A stretch of 64,000 nt of DNA from Eledone cirrhosa (GCA_964016885.1 OZ024758.1:19406001-19470000), one strand, 5' to 3'. Shown: positions 14,681 to 30,783, counted from the stretch's first letter. Notes: generated from the letters alone by a model not told the origin. Program-made: numbers and translations.

Positions 14681-16812
14681 ACCATGGAGACCCTATTAAT
14701 AATTACTAATTATGAAAATTTAATTAACAAAAAAAGTGAATTATTCTTAAACTGCCTTCATGTCTACATTCCTAGTCTCGCAAAAAGTCAGGAAAAAACA
14801 CTAAATAAACACGTTCTAATTGTTGACATCTCTTATCATCTGTGTACCTAAAACGATTATAAAACTTTAATAATTTTTTTTTTTTTTATTCATTTATGAT
14901 ATGATTAATGTTAGATTAAAGGGTCCTATATAGGTATATAAACATATTATTTGTTAACATGATCTCTTGATGAATGTGCATATCATTTGATTGTTTAGAT
15001 ATATTTCATTTAGATTGGGATTCTTGTATTTTTTTTTCTTATATATGGTTTATATGCTTAACAGTTATAATGAACTGTAAATCATTCATGCATTGATGTT
15101 TTTGTATATTTATTCATTTGGAGTATGTTTTACCTTTCAGGAAGTTTTATTTATATATTTTTATTTATATATATTTATGGTATATGCGTCACATACGATA
15201 CTAGTAGACAAACCTTTTTTTTCCACTTAACTTGATGTAAAACTTCAATTATAACATTACTAAGAATGATTGTACTTTATATTTATTATATGTATATAGA
15301 TTACTAATATGTGGGATACTCTCTCTATCTATATATTTGAACAAATCTGTAAATCTACTATAATAACATGCTTCTAGTTACATTTATAAGTACTTTAGAT
15401 ACTTTAATGACGTTCTAGCGTTATCATCGTTAAATATTTTCTAAATATTTTCTAAATTTTCTAAATAATATAACGATTATTATTTAATTTAATTTAATTA
15501 AAATCGGGTTGCTTTCGGGTCAATGAAATCCTTAGGTTTTCTCTTTCTCATGTTTGCAGACACATTATACTACTATATAACTTGTTTTAAACAAATTTTT
15601 ATTGTATTTTTAAACTATATAGCACTATATATTTGGCACTTTTAAGATCGCAAACACTTCACTTTTTTATTTTGAATCTGGTTCTTATCCTATGATTCAT
15701 GAAGTTTGACTTGTATATTTATAGTATGTATTACATGATCCTATTATAATAATTGATCTAAAACCTTAATTTTTAAAAATATTATCAGTAACTTATTTAT
15801 TGCATAGTATTATGTTATACGTAACTGATACGTATCATCTTAATATTTAGACAATATAATCTTTGTTTATATTTAGACAAATCCAAATATGTAATTTAAT
15901 AATAAACTTTTTTTAAGTTTAATTATAAGGCCTTTAGAAGCTTTAAGGCATTCTAATTGTTAATCTTAATTTTTAAAATTATAACTGTAATTATTTTATA
16001 AATTATATGATTTGAATTATTTTCAATATAATATAAATAATTAAATATAATATAATAACATGTAATAAGAATTACCTTCGTGAGGATGAAAATATTATGT
16101 CTTCCTTCTTATGTTTGCAAATAGTTTAAATATGATAGTATACTTTAATATTAATACAGATATTTATAAACTGTTATAGCCTGAAATATTATACACTTTG
16201 ATTAATTCATTACTCTGAACTAACTTAAATGATTTGAAAGTTAACGGTCAACCAGTTACGTTTGGATAGTATATATAACTAATTAACTAAGGACAGGAAA
16301 TTAATCTTTATATAATTACACCCAGTTATATTTAAGATTAAGATTTAGATCGATGAATACTTCTATATAATTCAGTAATTCAAAGATTCGAGTTTACTCT
16401 TTCGCAAAGCTATGCCCAAATGTATGGTTCTGTATAGATATATATAATTCATCCCTCTCTATAAAAAGGATTCCACTTTGCCTCTCTCTCCTTGATCAAT
16501 TATCTTTTGCTCTCTATACTTCTACTAGCTATATTATACCCCATTGAATAGAGTAGTCTATACTTGAGTCCTTAAGGGATCATACGTGGCTAGCGCGTTT
16601 CGTGGATGATCTTTTGTCCGGGTTCCTAAAGGTCGACTGATGGGATGAGGAAGCGTTCCTTAAATCGGCCGTCCGCCATACACACATATGATGTGACCTC
16701 CTGTGTGTGTGTATAACATTTAATATTTGTCAAAATAAAGAAACCTATTAGTGAAACATATATGGTAATTGTAAGAAACAATAGAAATGGAAACAATAAA
16801 TCTATAAATTAC

Positions 16813-16952
16813 CTGAGTGTAATGTCCAACCATTTGTGTCGTCGTGTGATTATATTTAAATTGTTTTTCCTCATTAAACCATGCATTTACAGCGGATATC
16901 CACCCACTTTTGTGGCTTGAAACCATAATATTCTGACCAATACCGACATACC
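16813..16952 (-). CDS. CAP/CRISP gene exon 4 (GYVGIGQNIMVSSHKSGWISAVNAWFNEEKQFKYNHTTTQMVGHYTQ)
   Basis: GQNI, W-x2-E and GHYTQ CAP signatures; tacag acceptor, CAG|GTAATT donor, 140 nt phase 1/0. Confidence 0.95.
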
Positions 16953-17009
16953 CTGTATAAAATATGAAATTGTCGCCAATGAACAATGATACCGAACAAT
17001 GATACCGAA

Positions 17010-17790
17010 GGGTGGTTTTCTGCTAATATGTGTAATGTGCATATTGATATTATACGCAAATATATATGCATGTAGATATGATACAACAACAAAAATCGTA
17101 ATTGCCAATATACACACAAATTGAACAAAGACTGCGTTACACTGTCTTAATCAGTAACGTAATCCATGATACGTTAAACAAAATAACGATATTATATATA
17201 AACAGCATCCGCGGAAAATTAGTGACGGAAATATATGAATGTTTATTTAACCGATCGCTAACCGGAAGTGTTTACATTTGAACATTTTAAAGAAGTGAAT
17301 CTTAAAATAACCAACACGATTATTCATATCAAATCAAGAATAACGAAATTTAGTAGATTAATTATGTACTATTCATTCATTATTTATTCAAAGTAATCCA
17401 ACTTATTTTACAAGCGGGATAAACAAATATATTCTGGGCGCTCAACCGCGCTCCTTACATAATTATAGTTTACACTACCAGAAAAAAAACACACTTTGGG
17501 ATGTTTTTCTCCTAGCATGAGCAGTGTGCATATTGATATTATAGGCAATATAAACATTATGATACAACGATGCAAAACCGTTATAATATAGCTTCCGTTA
17601 TATCATAACCGGAAATATTGATATTAGAAAATTTTAAAAGAAGTGAATTTTAAAGTAAGCAATTATATATAAGAATATTCATATTAAATCAACAGCTATG
17701 AAATATAGTAGATAAATTATGTAATATTCATTTATTATTTATTCAAAGTAATCCGACTTATTTTACTAACGGGATAAACAAATATATGCA
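17010..17790. repeat. Dispersed repeat: 17010-17460 matches 57663-58110, with a degenerate tandem partial copy at 17505-17790
   Basis: Shared blocks GGGTGGTTTTCTGCTA, CGCTAACCGGAAGTG, ATTCAAAGTAATCC. Confidence 0.88.
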
Positions 17791-17815
17791 GGACACAGTC
17801 CTTCACTATTCCCAT

Positions 17816-18215
17816 TGGTGGATTGGCAGTATCGGTGGAGGGCCGGACGCCATGCTTTCCAGCATAGTTACGTCACTTTACGATCTGAGTTCAAATCCCG
17901 TCGAGGTTGACTTTGCCTTTCATCCTTACGGGATCGATAAAATAAAGTACCAGTAATGCACAGGGTAATTGCTGGCCTTGTGCTTACAGTAGACACAATT
18001 ATTATATTATGATACGATTGGCGGTGGATTGTCAGTATCGGTAGAGGGTCGGACGCCATGCTTTGACGCAAAGTGTTACATCCCTTTCCATTCTGAATTC
18101 AAATCCCGCCGAGGTTAACTTGGCCTTTAATCCTTACGGGGTCGATAAAATAAAGTACCACTAATCTACTGGGTAATTGCTGGCCTTGTGCCAAAAGTAG
18201 ATACAGTTATATTAT
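17816..18215 (+). mobile_element. Two head-to-tail family A SINEs (17816-18010, 18019-18215)
   Basis: Both align to 8822-9012; the second begins in the ATT tail of the first. Confidence 0.9.
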
Positions 18216-19779
18216 GATTACAATGTTCGTTGTCTTGTGGTTTCTTTTTGCATCTAACCTGTATTTAGAATATTAACTTAGTTTTACACATCATTACTAC
18301 AGCAGGTCATGTATAATATATATATATATATACAAAATTAAACTAAGGATGTCATGTCCGAGTGACCTGCACCATATCCACTGTATATGCTCAAAGATTC
18401 CAATGAATAGATGCGAGCATGTTATATCAAATAGAAATTGATTGGCATATATGTATATCTAAAATAAACATATGAAACAATCACAGGGAATAATGTGTGT
18501 AAGCACACACAGCTAGGTAGGTGACTAATTAAATTTAAGAACTTCAAATATATATACCTTTTAAAATGATTAGAACTGCGAAACCGGTAAATGAACCAAA
18601 TAAATATATATATATTTAAAATAGACTCCAGTTGCATTTTCGATTTCAACTTTTTTCCCTATTTATATAGATTCTTTACATTTTTCGCAGTTCTTGTGCT
18701 TTTCAATAAAAGAATTGAGATGGAGTGTTTGAGGTTTTTCCCACAAAACCTCTATCTCAATTCTACTATTGAAAAGCACATTGAACATTACGACTCGAAT
18801 CTACATTAATTATCACCTGATACCACTCCAACTCTTCCATCATATATATCCATATGTATAACCTTGTATTCTCCAACCGTGTTATATATTGTTCTTTTAC
18901 TGCACCTTGATCTGTATCTTATTTCTTCTGTATTTTGATTTCATCGATATGTTTTTATATACTTCCACGTTACTCCCTCATTTACTACCCTAGGTAAGAC
19001 TGCATTTAATTTATGCATTTTATTTTTTGTTTTTATTTATGTACTTATTTATTCACTATACTTTCCTTGTACTCATCTGTTACCTAAAATTAGCACACGA
19101 CCCTAGAATATTACACTATGTACCCTTTATATCTGTTTACCTTTAATCACTCCCCCTACCCACTCAAGAATCGCACTACTTATAACCCGGACTAAATGGG
19201 ACTAAATATAGTGTATTTACATATTTCATCGGATTTTACCACGTTTAAACTTCACATCACGAGTATGGATAACTAATAATCGTTTGGTTTGCTTGGAAAA
19301 ATAAATTTGCCGTTCTTTCGGTAAACGAAAATATTCGGAACGGCTGTCTCGCCCTAGGGCCCTTCTCAAGCATGGAATCCGCCGTACCACTGGTTATTGA
19401 CCACGAAACAGTACTTTTAAAGTCTAAGCTTAATCAGAACTTTAAAATTGATCATGCTTCCATCTACTAGCCCTTTAATTAAATCCCCCACCAGTGTGAA
19501 TAACTAATTAATCGTTTGGTATATACGATAACCAGCCGGCGGTGGCGGACATCCCGCAGTACCCCGGCGCTTGGGACAGTTAGCATTCCTGGAGTGCTAG
19601 GAAAAATACATTTCCCTTTCTCTCACTAGACGAAAATTCTCGGAACGTTTGACACGCCATTGTGCCCCGAACCGGCTGGGAGTCCACAATGTCGCTGGTT
19701 AATTGACCGCTAAGCATGGGCTTAATCTTTACTCTACATTCTACCCAGAAAATGTATTGTGACTATAATACACTTTAAC

Positions 19780-20260
19780 ATTTTCCTAAACGCCTCCTTC
19801 TGTAAATTCTTTGACTAAATCTCCCAACTTTAAACCTAAATTTTACATTTATAATTTTATCTTAAATGGCATCTTTTAATTCTAAACATGAATATTACAT
19901 TTCTAATTGTTAATCGTAATTTATGGCCCTACAATATACTGTGCAGACCATATATAGTTTTGTTAAAGATATTTGTTTTTTGAAAAAATATATTTCGTAG
20001 CACTTTCTTGCACACCTGACCAGCTTGAATGAAACCTGACCTCACTGCTAGCCTGTGTCTTTGACGGGGTGGTAATAGTACACTATAAGCCTACGCCCCT
20101 ATACCAGAAGGACATAAGAAGACTTAATAATCACCATGTGAGGGCGACTGACCGGGCTAGAAGCTGCTAAATGTTCGGCCGCCCACCTGTCTCTGCTTTT
20201 CAGGACCACGGATTTGGTCTATTATATTCCTTTGTTAAATTTCGAATACCTCGAAGGAAT
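19780..20260. repeat. Dispersed repeat matching 31770-32290; probable PLE 3' UTR/pLTR
   Basis: Shared AGACTTAATAATCA, TAGAAGCTGCTAAAT, TATATTCCTTTGTTA; the 32 kb copy ends in CTGATGA...GAAATGGTCATA (32232-32289). Confidence 0.7.
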
Positions 20261-20514
20261 CCGATGTACTCAGGCCTTGAGAGGGATGGGCTTCGCCATG
20301 TTTAAAATGACCAAGAAACAATGTATGTCAATACGGCACTCCTACGAATCTATCAGGTGTTACGGGACCATATATATACATAAACATATATCAACGCTAT
20401 AAAAAAAACAATGTAATACAGAATGTATAAAGATTTGGAATTTTCTGATGCAATTTTTCTGATAAAATATATATGCAGACAATATGTAAAGTAATAAGTA
20501 AATTACAACCATAC

Positions 20515-20605
20515 CTCCTACTTTTCTGTTTTCTAATTTATCGTGTTCGAATGAGCATTGCATGGCCCATTTTGAAGCCAGCACAGCCATTTCATCACTC
20601 CATTC
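20515..20605 (-). CDS. CAP/CRISP gene exon 3 (EWSDEMAVLASKWAMQCSFEHDKLENRKVG)
   Basis: aacag acceptor, W-x3-(L/M)A-x2-A-x2-WA-x2-C-x-F-x-H CAP motif, GAG|GTATGG donor, 91 nt phase 0/1. Confidence 0.92.
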
Positions 20606-20930
20606 CTGTTAACATAAATACGCAAGAAATATTAAATGGACATCTGGGTTGATCGTCTCCGGGAAAAATGCTGGCCATATTTTTCGGGCAAAATCAACAT
20701 AGAGAAGAACAAGGGGTAGCTTTCTAGTCACGTTCAGGGATGCTGTGGATCAGTTGGAGATGGTTGCTTCTGACAGTACCCACTGAAGGGAATTTTTGAG
20801 GGATTGTTAATCTTCGGGAGGGCCAGGGTACCATTAAAAACACACGCACCTTTTCGTTATCACTTCAATTAATTTTCTGTTCAACAATATATATTTTAAC
20901 ACCGGTTTTCAGATGAGGAAAGTTGTAAAG

Positions 20931-24642
<3,712 letters not shown>

Positions 24643-24696
24643 CAATTATATATTAGACAATTAAACAATTAAACATGTATGCTATTCTGAACATAC

Positions 24697-24837
24697 CTTA
24701 GGCTTCGGTTCGACCTCTCTTCGGGCTTCGTTATGTATTTCTGTAATGTTGTATTTGTCTACTTCAGTCACTTCAGTGGCTGTCGCATTTGGTTTATCCG
24801 TTAGGCATATTGTACTTGCAGTGTCAATGGCACAATC
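24697..24837 (-). CDS. CAP/CRISP gene exon 2 (DCAIDTASTICLTDKPNATATEVTEVDKYNITEIHNEARREVEPKPK)
   Basis: ttccag acceptor, CAP N-terminal motif HNxxRxxVxP, AAG|GTATGT donor, 141 nt phase 0/0; 3' boundary uncertain (see findings). Confidence 0.85.
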
Positions 24838-24929
24838 CTGGAATATAAATGAGGAATGAAGATCACCTAAGACCAGCAATACGAGATGTCCTACACGGGT
24901 GAATGTATGTGGAAAAGAAACCGAACATT

Positions 24930-25110
24930 TAACTGGAGTCTTTTTAAGAGTATTTATGTGTCTCCTTTACCAGTTTCACATGTCTGATGCTTTTCAAAAG
25001 TAGAATTGAATGGACGCGTTGTGGTATTTCTCGCCAGAAAACCACGATCCCCTCATCTCAGTTCAACGTTTGAAAAGCATAAGAACTGCGAAACCGGTAG
25101 AGGAAACATA
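24930..25110. repeat. Fold-back element (relative at 18550-18785) with decayed hammerhead 3' half GCGAAACCGGTA
   Basis: TTGAAAA-gca-taagaac-tgc-GAAA-ccggt-A; inverted arms around about 25040. Confidence 0.6.
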
Positions 25111-25267
25111 TATATATATATATAAATTTCAAGTTATCAATAATGTAGTGTTAATATATCGTCACGTCAGAGCAAGCAGCGATACCTAGGTATTCCGTCT
25201 GTTACAGAAACATATGTCAATACCTAAAATATTCCTTTATAAAAGCACTTTCATTTTATATTCATCC

Positions 25268-25359
<92 letters not shown>

Positions 25360-25362
<3 letters not shown>

Positions 25363-25499
25363 CGAAGGAAATGTGGTAAGGAACCAGGTGGACCATAACG
25401 CACCAAAGTACTCAATACTTAGGGTAGTAGAGTGGGTAATAGGAACAAGTAATTAGCCGTCGAAACAGCTTGAGCTCAGCCGTCGGAGTCTTACTTGTT

Positions 25500-25503
<4 letters not shown>
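25360..25503 (+). mobile_element. Short (TA)n-targeting repeat family with 3' hairpin (relatives at 12621-12768, 28600-28667, 32620-32815, 42328-42397, 58920-59090)
   Basis: Shared ACCAGGTGGACCAT...CGCACCAGAGTACTC and AGCCGTCGAAACAGCTTGAGCTCAGCCGTCGG blocks; AGGAACAAGTAA/TTACTTGTTCCT inverted pair. Confidence 0.8.
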
Positions 25504-25541
<38 letters not shown>

Positions 25542-26390
25542 CACACCCACAGACACACCCACATTAGTTACAACGCTTGAAATGGCAGGAACAGAGTCGT
25601 AACGTTTCGAACACTAGTTTATTGTCAGTAAGTAGAGTTAAAAATAGAAGGCATATAGAAAGTAAAGAGTGATGAGCGTAAGAAAGAGTGTTGAGTACAT
25701 GCGAAGAAAAAAAAACACACGGACATATTCAGTCAGCTAAATTGGAGAGTGGCTGGAGAATGGAACATTCGTCGTAAAATCAGTCCTTATTCTGGATACT
25801 ATGGCCTCGGAGCACCCTCCTCCCTTACTAATCTGATCACCTAGGTATCGAAAGCTATACATGTGCTTATATATTCTCGGCTTTTCGGCTGTCAGATAGT
25901 AATAAGTGACAACAAAGAATGGAAGCCGGAATTGTTTGGTCAGGTCAGTTTATCGGCTTTCAGACATTTTATTTCTGTATTTTATCGCTTACATTCAGAT
26001 GAGCAAACATTTCCTTTCACTTATCATGGGCGCAGTTTTGTATTTTTCTAAAATTACCGTCACATTCTGAAGCCATATAACGATATATCTTCATTTTGGA
26101 GACGGATTTATTATTAAAGTAATTTAGGTTGGTAAGTAGGTGTCGTTAAAATATCGAAGTGTCGTTAGAAATATCGATGTGTCGTTAAAATATCGAACTT
26201 GGGGGTATAGAATATTATATTGTCCTGTTAGGCTTTGCTTTCATGTCTCACAAAGGTTAATTTTGCCTTTCATTCACATGAAGCAAACAAATTCTGAATG
26301 TGTTATTTTTAATAACTCTATGGGAAAATTCATTATGGTTAGAGATTATGACAAAATCTGAAATAATATTGAAATGTATACGATACTCAC

Positions 26391-26450
26391 ATCGGCATAG
26401 ACAAAGCAACACAGCGCGAAAAGCAAATAAGTTTTCAACAGATGAAACAT
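26391..26450 (-). CDS. CAP/CRISP-family gene exon 1 (signal peptide MFHLLKTYLLFALCCFVYAD)
   Basis: ATG at 26450, 20 codons with hydrophobic core and V-Y-A cleavage-like motif, followed by GTGAGT donor; phase 0 matches next exon. Confidence 0.8.
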
Positions 26451-26475
26451 GATTATTCTTGGATGTAAGAAGTTT

Positions 26476-26510
26476 CAATGGTAAGTAACCATTGAGACGC
26501 CAAATTTATA
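26476..26510 (-). promoter_or_regulatory. Candidate TATA box and initiator of the CAP gene
   Basis: TATAAA at 26510-26505 and a CCATT Inr-like motif with its A 31 nt downstream (26479), 29 nt before the ATG. Confidence 0.4.
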
Positions 26511-27118
26511 GAAGAAAATTGGATCATAATCAATATCGAAAACATCTTTTTACGGCAGATGTTCTGGAGGGACAGACATCGATTGTGTATGTCGATATGT
26601 TTGGACACGAGGACACAATAACTATATGAAATTACTTTATCATCTGTGGAGTTGTATCATTGAAATATGGAATACATTAGTTAAAACACTTTCTATGTTA
26701 AATCCATAATTATCTTTAATTTAAAAGCTAAATAAATCGTTTCGGCTTCGATCATGATACAAATTGAATAAAATACGAGCATATTGTCGATAAATACATA
26801 TTTCTTAACATCATATGGTCATTTAAGAATTTAAGTATAGTTTCAATGCTCAAAGGAGCATCCTCGTATATTTTTAAATTATAAATTTAACATTCTACGT
26901 GAAATTCTGATTTGTGTCGGATTTCCTTTAAGTAAATTGGGGTTGGCGCTTGTCAGTATACGCCTCATTCTGTCATTGAGTGAGCTACATGAAACCACTT
27001 AAAACATTCATAGCTGGATTGGAAATATATTCGGCATAATGCAGATTACATTAACGTGCCTGAGTCTCTCTTGAAATTTCGTCCCTCGATTGATATAATC
27101 AGAGAGCGTAACATGATT

Positions 27119-27159
<41 letters not shown>

Positions 27160-27325
27160 AAATGTTACCCTATTGTGAGAGAGAATAGAGAGAAGAAGCG
27201 TTATAGAAAGAGACGATACAGATAATTAATTGCCATAAGCAGGTGCATTCGTGCTCGATGCTGGTGCAAACGGTTAAATATTAGAAGCCTTAATATTTAG
27301 TGTGCGAATTTAAACAGAGCAATTA

Positions 27326-27698
27326 TAATCGAAGAAATTGATGAAAGAGAAGGAAGCCGTTAAAATGCATTTATAGGAAGTTCTTTCACACGTTACGCCA
27401 TTGTTGGGCTCCTCAGAGGCTTACAAGAAAATAAAGGATTTAATAAAGAACCCTGAATGGGTATAAGTACGATTTTAACATCGAAATTCATAATTGGGGT
27501 TACAAAGTTAAATTCAACTTTGTAACACCGATATATGATTTCGATGTTAAAATCGTAATCATACACGTTGAGGATTCTTTATTAAATCCTTTATTGTCTT
27601 GTAAGCCTCTGAGGAGCCAACCTGGGCGTAACATGTGAAAGAGCTGCTTATAATTATATATTAACGACTTGCTTCTCTTTCATCAATTTCTACGATTA
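27326..27698. repeat. About 370 bp diverged palindrome with variant hammerhead-like motif in each arm
   Basis: Centre GTTACAAAGTT-aaattc-AACTTTGTAAC; CTGAGGA-gcc..ggc-GTAA-catgt at 27609-27636. Confidence 0.88.
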
Positions 27699-27847
27699 AA
27701 TATATATATAATGAGGCTAATAGAGTGAAATACTTTGGGTTCATAGCTCATTTGGGTTACCATGAACCAATCATCTGCGATACATGCGTAACAGGTGGAT
27801 ACACGATAAATAACTTTCATATATACATGAATTTCCTCGTTTTTTTC

Positions 27848-27878
<31 letters not shown>

Positions 27879-27882
<4 letters not shown>

Positions 27883-28111
27883 AGGGCATCAACATACGTT
27901 AACCTCGGTCTTCCACTTCTAGTGTGTCCATGTAGGGGCTCCCAAAGGAGCACTGAGTGTAATATCAACTGTGGATGTCGGTGAGCATGTCCAGCTAACC
28001 TCAGTCTTCTCTGATCTGTTGGAGACGCAGGAAATGGCAGCGATAATGAGGGACAGAGACCGCTGGAGAGAACCCGTCCATGGATCTCGGAAATTTTACC
28101 CGCCTTAGAAC
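27879..28111. mobile_element. RTE-clade LINE 3' fragment with 5' inversion, flanked by an inverted repeat (about 27720-27850 / 28120-28258)
   Basis: Minus part encodes VLLWEPLHGH...GRPRLTYVDAL, plus part continues LLETQEMAA...; matches 29885-30290. Confidence 0.85.
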
Positions 28112-28721
28112 ATATATATGATAGAAAAAAGGTGGAAATTTAGTGTATATATGAAAGTTATTTATCGTATATCCACCTGTTACGCATGTTTCGCAGAGGA
28201 TTGGTTCAAGTTAACCCAAATAGTTATGGACCCTACCCTACACCAGTATTTCACTATAATGTTTGTGTGTGTGTACTATTAACAATTGCAATAAATGGAA
28301 AATATGATTATATGATCATATTTATTTTATTATACACATTTCAAAGATCCTAAATCATACTATGCTTTCAACAGGTAAAATACAATATTTGATGAATCAG
28401 ATAGTGACATATCCAAAATATCGACCTCCACGGTCAGCTTACAATGGATATGTGAAATAAAATCTCAAAATTTGTAGGATATAACTTAATAGGGATATAT
28501 TAAACAGATAAAAATACCGTATTCATAGACGCTTGAAAACTTTGAAAAACAACTTAGTTATTTATCAACAAGCATATACCTAAATGATTATATATATATA
28601 TGAGTATGAACGAGTATGACTCCGACGGCAGAGCTCAAGCCGTTTCGACGGCTATTTCTGGTCTAAATATATATATATACAATATATTAACAAATGGAAA
28701 CTATATTTATAAAACCATATT

Positions 28722-28787
28722 TATTTCATTATACATATTTCAAGGGCCACCCAAGCAAACTATGGTGCGATTTCATCAGATAAAATA
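28722..28787 (-). ncRNA. Type I hammerhead motif, AU-rich family
   Basis: tattttat-CTGATGA-stem II-GAAA-tatgtat-A-atgaaata. Confidence 0.72.
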
Positions 28788-28925
28788 TAATATAGGTTAG
28801 TTTTATAAATACATATTGACATACCCTGAACAAATGCAACCATTCTGTTTGGAATCTCCTGTTATAATTTAAATAATATATATATATATATACATTATTC
28901 TACACTCTGTACGTCTCGTTGTACA

Positions 28926-28992
<67 letters not shown>

Positions 28993-29088
28993 TTATATAT
29001 GTATATTAGGTGAGTTTTATTGTAGTACAATAAAGCAATGCAGATATCGGATAAGAAGCACTCTACAGTTTGTAGGACTGGAGTATAC

Positions 29089-29421
29089 ATAATATAAGAT
29101 CAAAAGATGGTTAAAGGAGTTCCATGTATTTTATTATGCGCATTTCAAAAACAAACATCATCATGCACTAATATTTGTGTTTTCCTCAGATAAAACAGGA
29201 GAACATGATATGAAGGCTAAAAAACACTTGTGGATAGTGCAGTTTCAAATCAACATATGTTGATTTAAAACTGCACTATCCACAAGTGTTTTTTAACCTT
29301 CATATCATGTCCTCCTATTTTATCTGATGAAAACACAAATGTTATTGCATGATGATATTTGTTTTTGAAATGCGCATAATAAAATACATGGAACTCCTTT
29401 AACCATCTTTTGATCTTATAT

Positions 29422-29424
<3 letters not shown>
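29089..29424. repeat. 336 bp near-perfect spacerless palindrome
   Basis: Centre CAACAT|ATGTTG at 29256/29257, arms colinear to both ends. Confidence 0.97.
29316..29386 (+). ncRNA. Intact type I hammerhead motif (mirror copy 29127-29197 minus, core CTGAGGA)
   Basis: tattttat-CTGATGA-long stem II-GAAA-tgcgcat-A-ataaaata; 8-bp stem I, palindromic ATGCGCAT stem III. Confidence 0.85.
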
Positions 29425-29454
<30 letters not shown>

Positions 29455-29485
29455 TATTATTACTATATATATATATATGTAGAGT

Positions 29486-29742
29486 AATAATAATTGTTCC
29501 TACCTTTGGAACAAGGCCAGCAATTACTCAGTGCATTACTGGTACTTTATTTCATCGACGCCGTAACGATGAAAGGCAAAGTTAACCCCGGCGGGATTTG
29601 AACTCACATCATAAAGGGACGTAACACTATGCTTCAAAGCATTGTGTCCGATACTGCCAATAGTAATTATAATTGTTTCTCCTTTAGGCAAAAGGCCAGC
29701 ATTTGCTCAGTGCATTACTGGTACTTTATTTTATAGACTCCG
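29486..29742 (-). mobile_element. Family A SINE plus partial second copy
   Basis: Reverse-complement match (GGCGGGATTTGAACTCA, GGTACTTTATT). Confidence 0.85.
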
Positions 29743-29830
29743 TAATAATAAATCTGAAGAAGACCTCGTTAAGGGTGAAAGCAGCGATTGTTTGCTTAAA
29801 ATTTAATCTGTTATTTTAATAAATATACAC

Positions 29831-29884
<54 letters not shown>

Positions 29885-29888
<4 letters not shown>

Positions 29889-30290
29889 AAAGACCTGAAA
29901 ATCCACCTCTTCATTGCTGTAGTCGAGTATGTGCTGTTGTACGGGTCTAAGACTTGGACACTGAACAAGAAACTCACTCAGATGGTGGATGGGTGCTACA
30001 CGAGAATGCTAAGGATGGCTCTGAACATTAATCAGTATACACTGAGGATGAACATCTCAGAGCTGTATGGTAGCCTCCCAAAAGTCCAGAGTAGACATTG
30101 CACTCAGTGCTCCTGTGGGAGCCCCTACATGGACACATTGGAAGAGGAAGACCAAGGTTAACGTATGTTGATGCCCTAAGGACAGACACTGGTCTGTTGG
30201 AGACGCAGGAGATGGCAGCGATAATGAGGGACAGAGAGTGCTGGAGAGAACTCGACCATGGATCTCGGGAATGTTACCGGCCCTAGACAT
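29885..30290 (+). mobile_element. RTE-clade LINE 3' fragment in (TA)n
   Basis: LFIAVVEYVLLYGSKTWTL...DGCYTRMLRMALNI and LWEPLHGH..RGRPRLTYVD..MRDRECWR. Confidence 0.9.
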
Positions 30291-30783
30291 ATATATATAT
30301 AAATATATATATATACGGTAAAACAAGTATCCTTATAGGCAATCCACTTAGAGTTAGTCCAGTTAGAGTACTCTGTGTTGTGGATGGTATTAACACATGG
30401 TTTAGTTTGACTCAACAAGACGCTTCCATAGTGATGCATCGAGTTCACGGTGATTTCTATATAGGTTATACTTGGAGTAATAATAATTCAAGACATAAGA
30501 GTTACATTGTTGTCTGTACTATAAAGGGCTTTATTCACAGTGCTGACATTTTTTTCTTTGATCTTGTAGGTCTAGAGTTCCCTAAACGCTATATGTTGCG
30601 TCAATCGAACTCCAATAGTTTGTTTATAACCAGTTAATTCATCAGACCAAGCTTTGATATAATCAAAGAAACAATTGTCAGCACTGTAAATAAAGCCCTT
30701 ATTGTACAGACAACTATCCCTTGAATGATATATATATATATATATATATATAAAGGTGGTAACACAACAGTGTTTCACCCTAC

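Noticed and set aside
29752-29792. CTGAAGA...GAAAGCAGCGATT hammerhead-like motif (relative at 7730-7765)
   Set aside because: No U at 16.1 and no convincing stems I and III in either copy
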